From Candidatus Termititenax persephonae (lineage in GTDB: Bacteria > Margulisbacteria > Termititenacia > Termititenacales > Termititenacaceae), in NCBI GenBank assembly GCA_003864475.1, contig BGZO01000004.1, positions 1-54,761 on the forward strand: 54,761 nucleotides of DNA, given 5' to 3'. The notes beneath the pieces were generated by a model, which saw nothing but the letters and a program-made list of their open reading frames with translations, searched no databases and was not told where the DNA came from. Below, one piece after another: positions 53,520-54,761 of the stretch (its first letter is position 1; every line of letters starts with the position of its first letter). The position numbers and the translations under genes are program-made.

Positions 53520-53885
53520 ATGAAAGATATTGAGAAAAAATTAAAGTCTCTAATCTCTGCAAAACTACAACAAATCAGGCACGGTAGCGGCGAAACTCTG
53601 GAAAAAATGGCTGAGACACTTTCCTTGGATTATAGTGTTTTTTATCATCTCTATAAGGGTTCCTATTTGCCGCGTTTAACCACTTTGTGGCAAATATCCA
53701 AAATCTATAATATCCCCATCGAGGATTGGTTTAAGGAATTGAACTTTGAGAAAAAAGTCAAAGCAGACAAGAACAGTTTAGAGTTTTCCCTGCTGCATAA
53801 TTTTCGCAAACTCGATGTCAAAACTAAATCCGTTTTTGCAAAAATCTTGCAAAGGTATACCGCCAAAGAACGCCAGCATCGTTAG
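53520..53885 (+). CDS. XRE-type HTH regulator R4 (fibre-locus-associated paralog family)
   Basis: 121 aa with TLEKMAETLSLDYSVFYHLYKGSYLPRLTTLWQISKIYNIPIEDWFKE and FRKLDVKTKSVFAKILQ. It is divergent from F1. Confidence 0.8.
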   Translation: MKDIEKKLKSLISAKLQQIRHGSGETLEKMAETLSLDYSVFYHLYKGSYLPRLTTLWQISKIYNIPIEDWFKELNFEKKVKADKNSLEFSLLHNFRKLDVKTKSVFAKILQRYTAKERQHR

Positions 53886-53986
53886 CCTGTTTCTTGCCTA
53901 AAATATCTTGACTAGACCCAGTTTTGCCTTAAAGATATAAAATCGGTTAGAATCTGACCTGAAAAAATCGCACCAAGGGAGTTGGA

Positions 53987-54761
53987 ATGAAATCAGCATT
54001 TGTCTTCCCCGGACAGGGGTCGCAGTCGCCCGGCATGGGCAAGGACTTATATGACCATAATCCCACGGCCAGAGAGGTTTTTCAGGCCGCCAATCAGACC
54101 CTTGGTTTCAGCCTGACCGATTTGATATTTGCCGGCACGGCGGAGGATTTACAGAAGACCAGCAACGCCCAGCCAGCCATTTTGACCGTATCCGTCGCCC
54201 TGCTCAAAGCCAAAAACACCATCCCTGCCGTGGTGGCCGGACATTCTCTTGGCGAGTATTCCGCGCTGGTCTGCGCGGGCGCGCTGGATTTTCGCGAGGC
54301 GGTCAGCCTAGTGCGTTTTCGCGGCGAATGCATGGAACGCGCCGCGCCGGGCGGCATGGCGGCGGCGCTGGGGCTGGACGACCAGATTATCGAGCAAATC
54401 TTGGCTAAACACCCGGGGGTCGAGATTGCCAACTACAATTGTCCAGGACAGACAGTCATCTCCGGCACCAATGCTGAATTGCCGCTAGCCTGTGCCGACC
54501 TGACCGCCGCCGGAGCCAAGCGGGTCGTGCCGCTGGCGGTCAGCGGGCCTTTTCATTCCAGCCTGATGCGGGAGGCCGCCGAGGAATACCGACAACGCCT
54601 GAAGACTGCGGACATCCATGACCCCCAAATCCCTGTCATCGCCAATGTTACCGCCGATTACGCACGGGAGGCCGCCGTTATCAGAGATTTATTGTACCGT
54701 CAAGTGTTCTCCTCTGTACGCTGGACGCAATCTGTGCGTAAAATATTGGCATCCGGCGTGG
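53987..54761 (+). CDS. fabD: Malonyl CoA-ACP transacylase (3' end outside the window)
   Basis: MKSAFVFPGQGSQSPGMGKDLY, the active-site block GHSLGEYSAL, and the RBS AAGGGAG. The ORF is still open at the window edge. Confidence 0.95.
   Translation, partial: MKSAFVFPGQGSQSPGMGKDLYDHNPTAREVFQAANQTLGFSLTDLIFAGTAEDLQKTSNAQPAILTVSVALLKAKNTIPAVVAGHSLGEYSALVCAGALDFREAVSLVRFRGECMERAAPGGMAAALGLDDQIIEQILAKHPGVEIANYNCPGQTVISGTNAELPLACADLTAAGAKRVVPLAVSGPFHSSLMREAAEEYRQRLKTADIHDPQIPVIANVTADYAREAAVIRDLLYRQVFSSVRWTQSVRKILASGV

Noticed and set aside
1-54761. rRNA or tRNA genes, transposases, integrases and integron features.
   Set aside because: I scanned the intergenic regions by eye on both strands and saw no cloverleaf-compatible or rRNA-like sequence and no recombinase-like ORF. 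A tRNAscan or Infernal run would be needed for certainty.

Overview
This is a chromosomal window from an unidentified flagellated bacterium. It is probably diderm, because L-ring and P-ring genes are present, and it carries the rpsP-KH-ylqD-rimM arrangement. I saw no rRNA, tRNA, CRISPR array, transposase or integrase.

Core content:
- rpsP operon (1.4-2.9 kb).
- A 12-kb flagellar basal-body and export cluster: flgG-flgA-flgH-flgI-rod-binding protein-fliA-flgB-flgC-fliE-fliF-short fliG-fliH-fliI-fliJ (3-14 kb).
- clpC, an aminotransferase and an Lrp-type regulator, then lipA, apgM, dus, mazG, an S8 protease with two pseudopilin-like genes, and a sensor kinase.
- A complete trp operon (trpE, trpGD, trpCF, trpB, trpA).
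- rpmF-plsX-fabH...fabD.

Accessory content, the main result: eleven paralogous genes encode tail-fibre-like proteins, spread over six loci.
- They share one N-terminal module with YPSxKAV-type repeats, and some carry the phage-fibre GLGxVxNTSDxxKP motif.
- Their C-terminal domains differ: an FGE/C-type-lectin fold, a minimal CLec-like domain, a phage tail-collar domain with His-x-His repeats, and an ALK-like glycine-rich domain.
- Four loci each carry a divergently transcribed XRE-type regulator, and these four regulators are paralogs of one another.
- No phage structural, lysis or integration gene accompanies any locus. The cassettes are wedged into core operons, one of them between fabH and fabD.
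- Two homopolymer tracts look like contingency switches: C9 inside one gene and C12 in one leader.
- The CLec C-termini are hypervariable and rich in NNY codons, as in DGR targets, but no reverse transcriptase or template repeat is in the window.
- Paralogs share near-identical DNA blocks in inverted orientation.

Other notable items:
- In-frame stop codons in flgG, and between the glycine-rich and CLec genes.
- A fic gene bracketed by a perfect 28-bp palindromic direct repeat.
- A HigB/HTH toxin-antitoxin cassette bracketed by a duplicated lipA 3' end.
- A MntA/HepT pair.
- A perfect 20-bp palindrome at the trp promoter.
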